The position numbers and the translations under genes were made by a program. 41,795 bases of DNA from Hymenobacteraceae bacterium (GTDB lineage: Bacteria > Bacteroidota > Bacteroidia > Cytophagales > Hymenobacteraceae). Shown one piece after another: positions 24,486 to 33,797 of this stretch. The first letter of the stretch is position 1, and every line of letters starts with the position of its first letter. The DNA lies in contig JBKJUQ010000056.1 in NCBI GenBank assembly GCA_046590685.1, forward strand, positions 1 through 41,795. The letters are read 5' to 3'. The notes below the pieces were generated by a model that worked only from the letters and a program-made list of their open reading frames with translations, was not told the origin of the DNA and made no database searches.

Positions 24486-24844
24486 TAAATTAAAGCAGAG
24501 AAAAACAACGAACGGCGGGTAAGCCGGCCCGGTACATTACCGGATAAGAAGTATAACGCTGAAGCGTGACGCCAACGTACACGCGGACTGAAAAAATTCA
24601 GCCCGCACTCGTTGCGATACAAAAATACAGTCCACTACCCGCGCGCCGGGCTACGTTCGCTCAACCGGCACAATTCGGGCTGTGAGTGCCGGATTTAGCG
24701 GGGCCGACGCCCGTACGCCACAATCTGCATTAGTATCGCCGGGCTTGGTTTAGAGCCTACTGGCTAAGGAGTTATTCGCGAAAGGCTAGGTGAGGGCTGA
24801 TAAAAGACTGATCGCGGGGTATAAGCGCTTCTACCTTCGCGGCG

Positions 24845-26086
24845 ATGGCAGCCTCTCCCCTTCCATACATCCGGGCCCTCGACGGCGTCCGCGGCGGCGC
24901 AGTATTGCTCGTGGTGTTCTCGCATTGGCCACTGGGGCACTGGCAGGTACCCCTGGGCTGGGTGGGAGTGCCGGTTTTCTTCGTGCTCTCGGGTTTTTTG
25001 ATCACCCGGCTGCTCGTGGCCGACCGGGAGCAAGCAGTGGGGCCATACCTGCGACGGTTTTACTGGCGACGAACGCTGCGGATTTTTCCGCTTTATTACG
25101 TCTACCTGTTCAGCGTCGGCGGGGCGCTGCTGGTCGCAATGCGCCTACTCCCCACTGCGCCCGCGTGGCTGGCAACCAACGCACGGGCCGCCCGCACCGA
25201 CGCGCTGCTGCTGCTGACCTACCTCTACAACTGGCAGGACCTCCTCCATTGGTTCGACAGCCGCCCCGATTCGCAGGCTGCGCGCGCCTTCAATCACCTT
25301 TGGTCGCTGAGTGTAGAAGAGCAGTTTTACCTTACCTACCCGTTAATCGTCTGGGCACTGCCGACGGCCCGGCTGCGGCGGGTGCTGCTGGCGCTGGTGC
25401 TGATCGGCCCGTTGCTCCGGTGGGGCTTGGGGGAGGTACTCCGCGAACTGCCCGCGCGGCCCGGGGTGTGGGCTTTCTTCGCGAACCGAGCCACCCCTTT
25501 CTACCTCGACGCGCTGGCCGTTGGCGGACTACTGGCCCTCGGGGTGGGTGCGCAGCTACGCCGGCCGGGGCGGTGGCTACTCGGCGTATCGACCGCGACC
25601 CTGGCGTGGAACCTAGTGGTGGTAGCAGCAAATCACATTGCCCTCGGGCGGGGCTGGCCGTCGTGGCGTTGGCTGGGTTATGAGCATCCGCTTCAGCTTT
25701 ACCAGTGGGCCGCGCACGCACCGCCGGCTGGCCGCTGGCCGTGGGCGCTCCTCCCGACGCTGGTGAACGTGCAGGCTGCCTTCCTGCTGCTTTGGGCTAT
25801 CCGGGGCGGTCCGACGGTTGCGCGGTGGCTGGAAGGACGGCCGATTCGGTACGTCGGTCGCATTTCCTATGGCCTCTACATCTGGCATATGCCCTTGACG
25901 CTTCTGGTGCTTCACGGGCCGGCGTACGACTGGCTGAAAACCGGCTGGCTCCCCGAAACGCTCGGGCTAATGACGTACCTGCTGGTGGTGGGAGGCGTCG
26001 CGACGGGCAGCTACTACGGCTTTGAAAAATTATTTCTGCGGCTAAAGGAAGCAAAAACCCCCTCTACGGCCTCTAATGGGCCTTAG
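24845..26086 (+). CDS. Acyltransferase family 3 (OafA/NolL-like) integral membrane protein
   Basis: LPYIRALDGVRGGAVLLVVFSHW...GWVGVPVFFVLSGFLITRLL is the Acyl_transf_3 signature. It has about 10 hydrophobic segments and an ATG start. Confidence 0.8.
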   Translation: MAASPLPYIRALDGVRGGAVLLVVFSHWPLGHWQVPLGWVGVPVFFVLSGFLITRLLVADREQAVGPYLRRFYWRRTLRIFPLYYVYLFSVGGALLVAMRLLPTAPAWLATNARAARTDALLLLTYLYNWQDLLHWFDSRPDSQAARAFNHLWSLSVEEQFYLTYPLIVWALPTARLRRVLLALVLIGPLLRWGLGEVLRELPARPGVWAFFANRATPFYLDALAVGGLLALGVGAQLRRPGRWLLGVSTATLAWNLVVVAANHIALGRGWPSWRWLGYEHPLQLYQWAAHAPPAGRWPWALLPTLVNVQAAFLLLWAIRGGPTVARWLEGRPIRYVGRISYGLYIWHMPLTLLVLHGPAYDWLKTGWLPETLGLMTYLLVVGGVATGSYYGFEKLFLRLKEAKTPSTASNGP

Positions 26087-26123
26087 CAGATCCAGAGACT
26101 TCTAAAAGGGTGAATTTTTTCAT

Positions 26124-26271
26124 CAAGTACCTTGCATAGCCAAGTACCTTGCGTCTACCTTTGTGTCGTTCATCAGCAACAACTCGCCCACCAGGGCTTT
26201 TTTTACCGCCATCTACTTGGCAATACCAAGTACCAGGCCTTTGGCAGTACCCGGCTCAGGCCAGTACCGGC
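26124..26271. promoter_or_regulatory. Array of AGTACC-core motifs with 17-bp phasing upstream of padR
   Basis: CAAGTACCTTGC at 26124-26135 and 26141-26152. CCAAGTACCAGG 26226-26237, GGCAGTACCCGG 26243-26254, GCCAGTACCGGC 26260-26271. A degenerate in-phase CTACTT at 26213-26218. TAC cores sit at 26214/26231/26248/26265 and at 26128/26145. Confidence 0.45.
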
Positions 26272-26314
26272 TGATACCCACCTCGCTTTCTCTCACCTTT
26301 TTATATCCCCCCTT

Positions 26315-26710
26315 ATGAAAGTTGAAAATACGCAGGTCCAGATGCGAAAGGGCATTCTGGAGTTCTGCATCCTTGAAATCATCGGCCGCGGCGAGACCTA
26401 CGCGTCCGACATGCTCGCCGAGCTCACGGCAGCGCGGATGCTGGTAGTGGAAGGCACGCTTTACCCGCTGCTCACACGTCTCAAAAATGCCGCCCTGCTC
26501 GAGTATCAATGGATTGAGTCAGTGAGCGGTCCACCGCGCAAGTACTACGTGCTGACCGAAGACGGCCGGCGCTTCCTGAGCTTGCTGCGCCAGACGTGGG
26601 CCGAGATGGTCACCTCGATCCAGATCATTCAGCAGCACCCGGCGGCGGCGAAATCCCTGCCCCCGGCCCCTACCGGCGATGCTGCCGCCGACTTCACTGA
26701 GATTGCCTAA
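26315..26710 (+). CDS. PadR family transcriptional regulator
   Basis: MRKGILEFCILEIIGRGETYASDMLAEL...VVEGTLYPLLTRLKNAALLEYQWIESVSGPPRKYYVLTEDGRRFL is a classic PadR winged helix. The ATG at 26315 (MKVENTQ) is preferred; the track extension from 26132 covers the motif array. Confidence 0.85.
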   Translation: MKVENTQVQMRKGILEFCILEIIGRGETYASDMLAELTAARMLVVEGTLYPLLTRLKNAALLEYQWIESVSGPPRKYYVLTEDGRRFLSLLRQTWAEMVTSIQIIQQHPAAAKSLPPAPTGDAAADFTEIA

Positions 26711-26736
26711 CCCGCCCCTTTCCCCTCGCTACCCAG

Positions 26737-29490
26737 ATGAAAAAGAGTATCAGCATCAACCTGCAAGGCCTCCTGTTTCACATCGAAGAGGATGGCTACG
26801 ACATCCTGCGCCGCTACCTGGCCGAAGTCAAGCAGCACTTTTCGGCTTATGCCGGACACGAGGAAATCGTGGCCGACATTGAAGGCCGCATCGCCGAGCT
26901 GTTCGCCGCCCGGCTGACGCCCAGCAAGCAAGTCATTACGCTCGAAGACGTACTCGCCGTCACGGCGCAGCTGGGCCGCGTAAGCGAGTTCGAGCTACCC
27001 GACGATGAAGACGTGCCCGCCGCTGGCGCGGCCTACAGCCGCCCGGCTGCCTTCGGAGACGCCCCGATGGGTGATAGCCCGCTGGCCGGCGAGCCTCGCC
27101 GCTTGTTCCGCGATGAGGCGAACAAGAAAGTAGCAGGCGTAGCCGCCGGCCTCGGTCACTACTTCAACATCAACCCGCTCTGGATCCGGTTGGCGTTTGT
27201 GCTGGTGGCGCTGCTCAACACCGACTTTCTCTTCAACCTAGACCGCCATTTTCACTTCAACTTCGGCGGACTGAGCTTCCTGACCTACATCATCCTGTGG
27301 GTGGTGATGCCGAAGCGCGCGGGCTTGCCGGTAGCTGGTGGCCCGGATACCCGCGGCCCCGGCGCGGGCCGCAAGCTGTTCCGCGATACGCAGGCCGGCT
27401 CGGTAGGCGGCGTGGCGGCTGGGCTGGCGTGGTACCTCAAGCTCGACGTCACGCTCGTGCGGGTGCTGTTCGTGGTGCTGATGGTTGCCGGCGGCTCGGG
27501 TTTCCTGCTCTACCTGATTCTGTGGATCGTGGTGCCCGAAGCCAAGACTCTTTCCGACCACCTGGAAATGCGCGGCGAAGCCGTCACGCTCTCCAACATT
27601 GCTTCCTCGGCCTCCGCCGACCCCATCGGTGCCGGCCGGGCGCGCGTGGTGCAGGAAAACCTGAGCTCGATCGGCTCCAGCATCGCGCCGATCTTCCGAT
27701 TCATCTTCATGCTCATCGCGTGGTTTGCCGCCTTCGTGCTGCTGTGCATCGCCGTGGCGCTGCTGGTAAGCATCGGCTCAGTGCTGGGAATCGTACTGGG
27801 TGCTTTTCCCGACACGGGCTGGGTTCATACCGGCGAAATTCCGGTCGAGCTTCTGCGCTCCACTGTTCCTACCTGGGGCCTGGTGGCGGGTTTCGTAGCG
27901 GCGCTGGTACCCACCATTGCCTTGATTACGCTCGCCGTGCGGTTGTTCACGAAACGGCCGATTCTGTCGGCCTCGGCCCGGCTTACCCTCTTCGGGATCT
28001 GGCTGCTCGCCATCGTCGGGGTAGCAGCGGCCGCGGGCCGCGTAACCCGCGACTTCCGCGAACGCGCTGAGGTGACGGTTCGCCAGCAACTGGAAGTCGC
28101 CACGCCCATCGTGGTGCTCGATGTGGCACCCAGCATCGACTCCGACTTGCTGCGCATCGATGATCTGACGGTTCGCCGCGCCGATTCGGGCGCTACCCCT
28201 AGCCTGAGCTTGCGCATCAGCGCCCGGGGCGAAACCCCCGACGCGGCTCGCCAGGCCGCCGAGATGGTCGAGTACCAATCGCAGGCCGTCGATTCCATCA
28301 TCACCCTGTCACACGCGTTCCGGTACCGCCAGGGGGCGGTCTGGCGCGGCCAGGAAGTGGATCTGGCGCTGCACCTGCCCGCCGACCGCCGCTACCGCCT
28401 GACGGAAGCGTTCACGAATATGCTCGACCGTGACGTGTACGACGACCGGTACAGCCACGACAACAAGAACCAGCAACGACTTTTCACGGTCGAAAAAGGC
28501 CGTTTCAAGCTGGTGAGCGGCCCGGAAGCCAGCTTCGACGCCGACGATGAGGAGAACGACGAGGCGGATTCGGAGGATGCCGACGATAACGACAACCAAT
28601 TTGATGTGAATGTCAACGGCGAGCACATCCACATCGACCTACCCAGCTTCGGCAACCGCGAGGGCTTCCGCCTCCGCGAGCCCGGAGGGGCTGCCGCCAG
28701 CCGGACCTGGAGCCTCGATGACTTCAAGCGGCTGGATGTCAGCGGCGCTTATCAGGTGCGCTTGCGCCGCGGCGATACGTTCCGCGTGTCGGCCCGCGGC
28801 CCGCGCCGGGTGCTCGACAAAGCGCGCGTCTGGGTAGAAAACGGCACGTTGCACCTCGATCCTGAGTCGGGTTTCAACCTCTCGCTGTTCGGCCAGAAAG
28901 GCCGCCGCCACGAGGAAGTACTGTTCGAGATCGAGATGCCCGAACTGGAAGGCCTGGATGTGAGCGGGGCAGTCCGCGCCGACGTGGGCAATTTCGGTGG
29001 GCCGAACGAAATTCAGGTCGACCAATCCGGCGCTACCTGGGTGAAGCTCGAAGTGGCCACCACCCCGGTGAGCCTCGACGCCAGCGGCGCCAGCCACACG
29101 ATGCTCATCGGGGCAACCCGCTCCCTCAACGCGGAGCTGAGCGGCGCCTGCGACTTGCGGGCCCAGCGCCTCGAAGCGCGGGAAGTAAAGGTAGAAGCTT
29201 CCGGTGCCAGCCGCGCCAGCGTGAATGCCCGCCACCAGCTCCGCGCCGACGCCTCCGGCGCCAGCCACATTACCTACTACGGTCAGCCCGAAAACATCGA
29301 AAGCGATGCCAATGGCGGCTCGACCATCAAGCGCGCTTCCCGCAAGGCCACCGATGAGGAGGCCACTGAGGAGGACGCCGACGACGAAACCAGCGACGGG
29401 GCCAAAGCCCCCGTCGCCCCCGCAATGCCAGCGCCCCCGGCGGGTCCCGCAACGCCCGCCACTCCCGCGAAACGGGCGGTTGGCACCTGA
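26737..29490 (+). CDS. Large membrane protein with two PspC domains and a C-terminal DUF2807/GIN (Toastrack-like) beta-helix region
   Basis: The N-terminus MKKSISINLQGLLFHIEEDGYDILRRYLAEVKQHF is typical of PadR-partner sensors. PspC motifs: RLFRDEANKKVAGVAAGLGHYFNINPLWIRLAFVL and KLFRDTQAGSVGGVAAGLAWYLKLDVTLVRVLFVVL...LYLILWIVVPEA. Repeated LDVSGA...strand segments occur in the C-terminal third, with acidic low-complexity tracts. Confidence 0.8.
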   Translation: MKKSISINLQGLLFHIEEDGYDILRRYLAEVKQHFSAYAGHEEIVADIEGRIAELFAARLTPSKQVITLEDVLAVTAQLGRVSEFELPDDEDVPAAGAAYSRPAAFGDAPMGDSPLAGEPRRLFRDEANKKVAGVAAGLGHYFNINPLWIRLAFVLVALLNTDFLFNLDRHFHFNFGGLSFLTYIILWVVMPKRAGLPVAGGPDTRGPGAGRKLFRDTQAGSVGGVAAGLAWYLKLDVTLVRVLFVVLMVAGGSGFLLYLILWIVVPEAKTLSDHLEMRGEAVTLSNIASSASADPIGAGRARVVQENLSSIGSSIAPIFRFIFMLIAWFAAFVLLCIAVALLVSIGSVLGIVLGAFPDTGWVHTGEIPVELLRSTVPTWGLVAGFVAALVPTIALITLAVRLFTKRPILSASARLTLFGIWLLAIVGVAAAAGRVTRDFRERAEVTVRQQLEVATPIVVLDVAPSIDSDLLRIDDLTVRRADSGATPSLSLRISARGETPDAARQAAEMVEYQSQAVDSIITLSHAFRYRQGAVWRGQEVDLALHLPADRRYRLTEAFTNMLDRDVYDDRYSHDNKNQQRLFTVEKGRFKLVSGPEASFDADDEENDEADSEDADDNDNQFDVNVNGEHIHIDLPSFGNREGFRLREPGGAAASRTWSLDDFKRLDVSGAYQVRLRRGDTFRVSARGPRRVLDKARVWVENGTLHLDPESGFNLSLFGQKGRRHEEVLFEIEMPELEGLDVSGAVRADVGNFGGPNEIQVDQSGATWVKLEVATTPVSLDASGASHTMLIGATRSLNAELSGACDLRAQRLEAREVKVEASGASRASVNARHQLRADASGASHITYYGQPENIESDANGGSTIKRASRKATDEEATEEDADDETSDGAKAPVAPAMPAPPAGPATPATPAKRAVGT

Positions 29491-29512
29491 TTTTTTCCAT
29501 ACTCTGGCTGGA

Positions 29513-29544
29513 AAAAGCCGCCCGCATTGCGGGCGGCTTTTTTG
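29513..29544 (+). terminator. Rho-independent terminator (potentially bidirectional) after the PspC-domain gene
   Basis: AAAAA-GCCGCCCGC (29518-29526), loop ATT, GCGGGCGGC (29530-29538), then TTTTTT (29539-29544). It lies 23 nt after the stop. Confidence 0.8.
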
Positions 29545-29714
29545 TGGGCGACAGATTGGCGTATCGGCCGGACGGGTTCGGCGAGAATCCTCCCCGGTTG
29601 GGCGAGTAAATACTGGGACTCACCAGCCAACCACTTGATGATGTGATAGCTACGCAGGAGGCGAACGAGCAGCTTTGCTCTATTCCAAAGCACTTTTATC
29701 CCCCGCTCCAGCTG

Positions 29715-32270
29715 ATGAACCACCACCTGCTTTCCTTAAGCTTGCTGCTGCTGACCACCGCGCAGTCGCTGCCGACCGCCGCCGCCCCCGTGCTGACGCC
29801 CGGCGCGGCCCCCGTTTCGGTGGGCCGCTACCAGAAATTTGAGCTGCCCGTACGAGCGGCCGGCACGGTCTACACCAACCCGTACTCGTTCGATGTCGGC
29901 ACGGGCGGCGCCATCCTACGCGCCACGTTCACCGCCCCGAGTGGCGCGGTGAAAACGATCGATGGCTTCTGGCAGGACGGGTACTCCCTCGCCAGCACCA
30001 CTACCGGCGCGCTGAGTGCGGTGCCGGCGCAGAATGGCTGGCGCGTACGCTTTACGCCCACCGAAACGGGCGTCTTTACCTATTCGCTCACCTTACAGGA
30101 TGGCTCGGGAATGTCGGCCCCGATAACGGGCTCTTTCTCGGCAACGGCTTCGGCTGGCACGGGCTTCGTGCGGCGGCAGGCGGGCAAGAATTACCTGCGC
30201 TTCGACTCGGGCGCGCCGTACTTCGCCGTCGGCGAGAACCTGGCGTGGGGCAACAGCAAGCGCCTCGGCGACTACAAGGTGTGGCTCGACCAGCTCGCCG
30301 CCAACCGGGCCAACTGCATTCGGGTGTGGCTCTGCTACTGGGGAATGGAGCTGGAGTGGAAGAATATTGGCTTCGGCGGCTATAGCGGCCTGAAGCGCTT
30401 TTCGCAGACTTCCGCCTACGAGCTCGACTGGCTGCTGGAGTACTGCGCCGCGCGGGGCATCTACGTGGAGCTGTGCCTCAACAACCACGGTCAGCTTTGC
30501 GCCGGCGGTGATACCCCGCAGTGGGGGAGCAACCCGTACAACGCGGCCAACGGGGGGCCCTGCCTCGCCACCCAGCCGTGGAGCTTTTTCACGAACAGCA
30601 GTGCCCGCGCTACCTACAAAAACAAGCTGCGCTACCTGAGCGCCCGCTACGCCTACTCGCCGAACCTGCTGGCGTGGGAGTTTTTCAATGAGCTGGATCT
30701 GGTGGATGGCTACGCGACGGCTACCGTCCGCTCGGCCACTGCTGCGTGGGTCAGCGAGATGGCGGCCTACCTCAAAGCCATCGACCCCAACCGCCACCTC
30801 GTCAGCAACTCCTACGCGATGAGCACGGGCAACCCCACGGTCTGGAACAACGCCAACATAGACTTCCTGCAAACCCACGTTTACCAGAAACGCGCCGACC
30901 TCGAAACGCCCCTGGCCGACGCCAGCACCGCCCTGCGCGCCGCGCACAACAAGCCGTACCTGACGGGCGAGTTCGGCATCAATATTTACCACAATGCCCA
31001 GACGAATACGATGGTCGACGACCCCAACGCCGTGCACTTCCGCACCACGCTCTGGTCATCGGTGTTTAACGGCTCGCTCGGCGCGGGGCTGACGTGGTGG
31101 TGGGACGACTACGTGCACACCCGCCCCACCAAAACCTACCCGCTGCTGAAGGCCGTGCGCCTCTTCACCGATGCCAATCTAAACGTCGCGACCGGCAACT
31201 ACCAGCCCGTGACGCCTGAAGTGGCTACGCCCCGGGGCACCACGCTCACCCTTGTTCCCGGCTTCGCGGGCTTCCAGCCGCCCACGTACGCGGCCACCCC
31301 CGCGCCGGCCAGCAGCTTCGTGGTAAGCACCACCGGCCAGGTGACGCCCTCTACCGCCAGCTTAGGCACGGTGCTCTTCGGCGCTTATCACGCCGCCGCG
31401 CGCCGGCCGCCGTCATTTCAGGCCAACTTCCCGGCCGCCGGGCAGGTGCAGGTTGTGACGGGCGAGCGCGGCCTGAGTGCCGCCGCCACGCTGGTGATCC
31501 GGGTCAACGGGGCTGTCGTCCTCACGCAGGTCAATCCGGTGCGCAACGCCACGTACACGATTGGCCTGCCGCCGGGTCCCTGCGTCATCGCCCTGGACAA
31601 CAGCGGCGACGAGTGGCTCGAAATCCAGGCCGTGCACTTTACCAACTACCAGGCGCGGCTCGTGGGCCAGGCCCTGCGCGATGGCAACCGCGTAGTGGGC
31701 TACGTGCGCAACCGCGATTTCAACTGGCAGTACTACCTCTACCACAACCAAGCGGCCCCCACTGCCGTGGCCGGTGGCACGCTCACGGTACCCGGGCTCG
31801 TGGCGGGGGCCACGTACTCGTTTCGCGCGTACAGCGCCCTCACGGGGGCTGCTACCGGAATCGTGCAGACGCTGACGGCCTCGGCGGGCGGGGTGGCCGT
31901 TGCCGCGCTGCCGACGACGGCGAGCGATCTGGCGTTCGTCTTCGCCCCGACCGGCGCGGCGCGGCCGCTGGCCGTGGCTCCCAATCCCGCCCACCCTACG
32001 GTGCCCGCGCTAGTCGTCGAGGTGTGGCCTAATCCCGCGTCGGCCGGCACCGGCACCACGGTCGCGCTGCCCGATGCCACCCCCGGCCCGGTGCGCTACG
32101 AGCTGCTCGACGCGCTGGGTCGGATCTGCCGCACGGTCGTGGATGAAAGTGCAGCGCCAGCCGCCCGCCAGCAGGCGCTCCCGCTTACGGGCCTGCCCGA
32201 GGGCACCTACGTCCTGCGCGTACGCACTCCCGCCAATCAGCACGCCGTACGCGTGGTAGTGGGCCGATAA
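29715..32270 (+). CDS. Secreted DUF5060-GH5 family glycoside hydrolase with a T9SS C-terminal sorting domain
   Basis: Signal peptide MNHHLLSLSLLLLTTAQSLPTAAA. DUF5060-like VGRYQKFELPV...IDGFWQDGY. GH5 blocks NCIRVWL, WEFFNELD (acid/base NE) and YLTGEFG (nucleophile E). CTD VEVWPNPASAG...GTYVLRVRT...VRVVVGR (about nt 32010-32267). The ATG at 29715 is preferred. Confidence 0.8.
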   Translation: MNHHLLSLSLLLLTTAQSLPTAAAPVLTPGAAPVSVGRYQKFELPVRAAGTVYTNPYSFDVGTGGAILRATFTAPSGAVKTIDGFWQDGYSLASTTTGALSAVPAQNGWRVRFTPTETGVFTYSLTLQDGSGMSAPITGSFSATASAGTGFVRRQAGKNYLRFDSGAPYFAVGENLAWGNSKRLGDYKVWLDQLAANRANCIRVWLCYWGMELEWKNIGFGGYSGLKRFSQTSAYELDWLLEYCAARGIYVELCLNNHGQLCAGGDTPQWGSNPYNAANGGPCLATQPWSFFTNSSARATYKNKLRYLSARYAYSPNLLAWEFFNELDLVDGYATATVRSATAAWVSEMAAYLKAIDPNRHLVSNSYAMSTGNPTVWNNANIDFLQTHVYQKRADLETPLADASTALRAAHNKPYLTGEFGINIYHNAQTNTMVDDPNAVHFRTTLWSSVFNGSLGAGLTWWWDDYVHTRPTKTYPLLKAVRLFTDANLNVATGNYQPVTPEVATPRGTTLTLVPGFAGFQPPTYAATPAPASSFVVSTTGQVTPSTASLGTVLFGAYHAAARRPPSFQANFPAAGQVQVVTGERGLSAAATLVIRVNGAVVLTQVNPVRNATYTIGLPPGPCVIALDNSGDEWLEIQAVHFTNYQARLVGQALRDGNRVVGYVRNRDFNWQYYLYHNQAAPTAVAGGTLTVPGLVAGATYSFRAYSALTGAATGIVQTLTASAGGVAVAALPTTASDLAFVFAPTGAARPLAVAPNPAHPTVPALVVEVWPNPASAGTGTTVALPDATPGPVRYELLDALGRICRTVVDESAAPAARQQALPLTGLPEGTYVLRVRTPANQHAVRVVVGR

Positions 32271-32367
32271 CCGAAGTCAGCTTATTACTTATTAAAGATT
32301 AAGTAGGAAGATGCGAGGCGCGAGATTAGTCCAGCGGGGCTAATTTTGTGCTTCGCTTCTTCTCTTC

Positions 32368-32754
32368 ATGCTTAACATGGTTGCCCCGGCGTACTGGCTC
32401 ACCTTTGAAGACCGCCCTGGGTACTTGCTTGCCTGCGTGTGGGGGCACCGCGACTCGCTCGAAACGTCCATTGCGTTCTGGCAGGAAATCGCTCTGGAAG
32501 TTTATACCCGCCGCCCGACCCGGCTGCTGGTCCAGGAAAGCTTTCTGAACAACGTGAGCATGCCCGACATGCTCGAAGTGGTAACCTTCGTGACGCAAAT
32601 GGGCCTTCACGATCTCTGCATCGCGTTCGTGGATGAGCAGGCCGAGCAGCTCCCAAGCAACCGCATCGCCGAAGAGCTGGCGGTGGCTCACGGCTTGTGC
32701 GTCAAAGTTTTCACGGAGATCGGCGAAGCCGAAAAGTGGCTGCTGACGGCGTAA
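32368..32754 (+). CDS. Hypothetical small protein, possibly SpoIIAA/STAS-like fold (DUF3478-like)
   Basis: Good GC3 bias and a protein-like composition, ending ...FTEIGEAEKWLLTA as many STAS/SEC14-like DUF proteins do. The antisense 121-aa ORF looks compositionally spurious. Confidence 0.5.
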   Translation: MLNMVAPAYWLTFEDRPGYLLACVWGHRDSLETSIAFWQEIALEVYTRRPTRLLVQESFLNNVSMPDMLEVVTFVTQMGLHDLCIAFVDEQAEQLPSNRIAEELAVAHGLCVKVFTEIGEAEKWLLTA

Positions 32755-32777
32755 TGAGCCCGCGAGGCGCCGTTTTT
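32745..32777 (+). terminator. Weak terminator-like hairpin overlapping the stop of 32368..32754
   Basis: ACGGCG (32745-32750) pairs with CGCCGT (32767-32772), followed by TTTTT. The stem is only 6 bp and the loop is 16 nt. Confidence 0.3.
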
Positions 32778-32895
32778 TCTAATGAATCCCGCCCTTCAGC
32801 CTGAATCGCTAGTCGACGTTGCCATCATCGGCGCCGGGCCGATTACGCGCTCCTGCCCGCCCTCGGCATACCGCGCGGGCAGAACCTGAAATACC

Positions 32896-32933
32896 AAACG
32901 GCGCGGCGCCCAAAGTGGGGCCGCGCCGTTTTC
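32896..32933. terminator. Bidirectional rho-independent terminator between convergent genes
   Basis: AAA-ACGGCGCGGC (32898-32907), a 12-nt loop, then GCCGCGCCGT (32920-32929) followed by TTTT. The 10-bp stem is perfect and is flanked by an A-run and a T-run. Confidence 0.6.
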
Positions 32934-32968
32934 GGATCCGCGCCGCGCCGGCCGAAGCCGCCCGCCGA

Positions 32969-33730
32969 TCAGTAGCTCTCGCGCTGGAAGCCGAAGGCGC
33001 GCAGCTGGGCCTTGTATTCCTTCCGGTCGGGGTAGTTGCCGTCGAGCACTTTGGCGATGGCGCGCAGCACGGTCACGACTGCCTCGCGCAGTAGGTCCTT
33101 CTCGCCAACGGCGTCGGAGATGTCGCCGGTGTCTTCGGTGAGATCCTGAAGCGCCTGCGCGTACTCCGTGGCGATGGGCTGCCAAAAGGCCGTGCCGTAC
33201 GGAAACACCACCTGCCCGCCGGGCAGCGTCTGCGTGACGAAGCCCTCGGCGTCGAGGCCCTCGACGAGCAGCTTGAGCGCCGCGCTCCGTTGACTGCGCT
33301 CGCGCGGCAGGATGAACGACTTCGCTTGCCGGACGATCCCGAGCTTGCCGAAGTACGCCGGCGCCGTCCGCTTATTGTACTTATCGGTCAGCATCCCCTT
33401 CACGCGGTACAGGTGCTCGTTGATCTCGGCGTCGAGCACGTCGATACGGGACTTCGACCCCGGCCGCTCGGCGCCGACGCGCACGCGATCGGCCACGGCC
33501 TGCTTGTAGGCAGTGGCTTTGGCGACGAACCCGGCCACCGTCGTGAAGCGCAGCGTCAGCCACGGCTGCTCCTGCCAGAAGCCGGCGGCGAAAACGGCCA
33601 GATCGGCCAGCTTGGCATCCGCCTCGGGGATGATGTCGGTCTTGACGGGTTTGCGCGGGGCCGGGCCACCGCCCTCAGTCGAAGCGCCCGTTTCCGGCGC
33701 GCGCAGCGGCTGCTTGCGAACTACTACCAT
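32969..33730 (-). CDS. Hypothetical protein (253 aa), no family recognised
   Basis: Coherent composition and GC3 bias from MVVVRKQPLRAPETG to ...KEYKAQLRAFGFQRESY. The ATG at 33730 is preferred. The Arg/Pro/Gly-rich track extension to 33976 crosses the palindrome-rich intergenic region. Confidence 0.55.
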   Translation of the reverse strand: MVVVRKQPLRAPETGASTEGGGPAPRKPVKTDIIPEADAKLADLAVFAAGFWQEQPWLTLRFTTVAGFVAKATAYKQAVADRVRVGAERPGSKSRIDVLDAEINEHLYRVKGMLTDKYNKRTAPAYFGKLGIVRQAKSFILPRERSQRSAALKLLVEGLDAEGFVTQTLPGGQVVFPYGTAFWQPIATEYAQALQDLTEDTGDISDAVGEKDLLREAVVTVLRAIAKVLDGNYPDRKEYKAQLRAFGFQRESY

Positions 33731-33797
33731 GGAGAGAAAGGAAAAAAAGGTGACGCGCGAATGCGCTTCGCAATGTAGGGGTATCCCGGCGATTGGG

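Noticed and set aside
24486-24844. 359-bp divergent intergenic region with small hairpins (GCGGACTGAA-AAAA-TTCAGCCCGC at 24583-24606; CCGGCAC...GTGCCGG at 24665-24692), considered as a possible sRNA or riboswitch
   Set aside because: The hairpins are short or imperfect and lack flanking T-runs or recognisable conserved RNA motifs. The evidence from sequence alone is insufficient. It would need RNA-seq or an Rfam scan.
24790-25683. 297-aa plus-strand ORF overlapping the acyltransferase-3 gene in another frame
   Set aside because: It is extremely Arg/Ala/Gly/Pro-rich with no domain signature. The 24845..26086 frame carries the clear Acyl_transf_3 motifs. This is a typical high-GC alternative-frame artefact.
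30093-31037. 314-aa minus-strand ORF inside the GH5 gene
   Set aside because: It is antisense to a gene with clear GH5 catalytic motifs and has a low-complexity Val/Arg/Gly composition.
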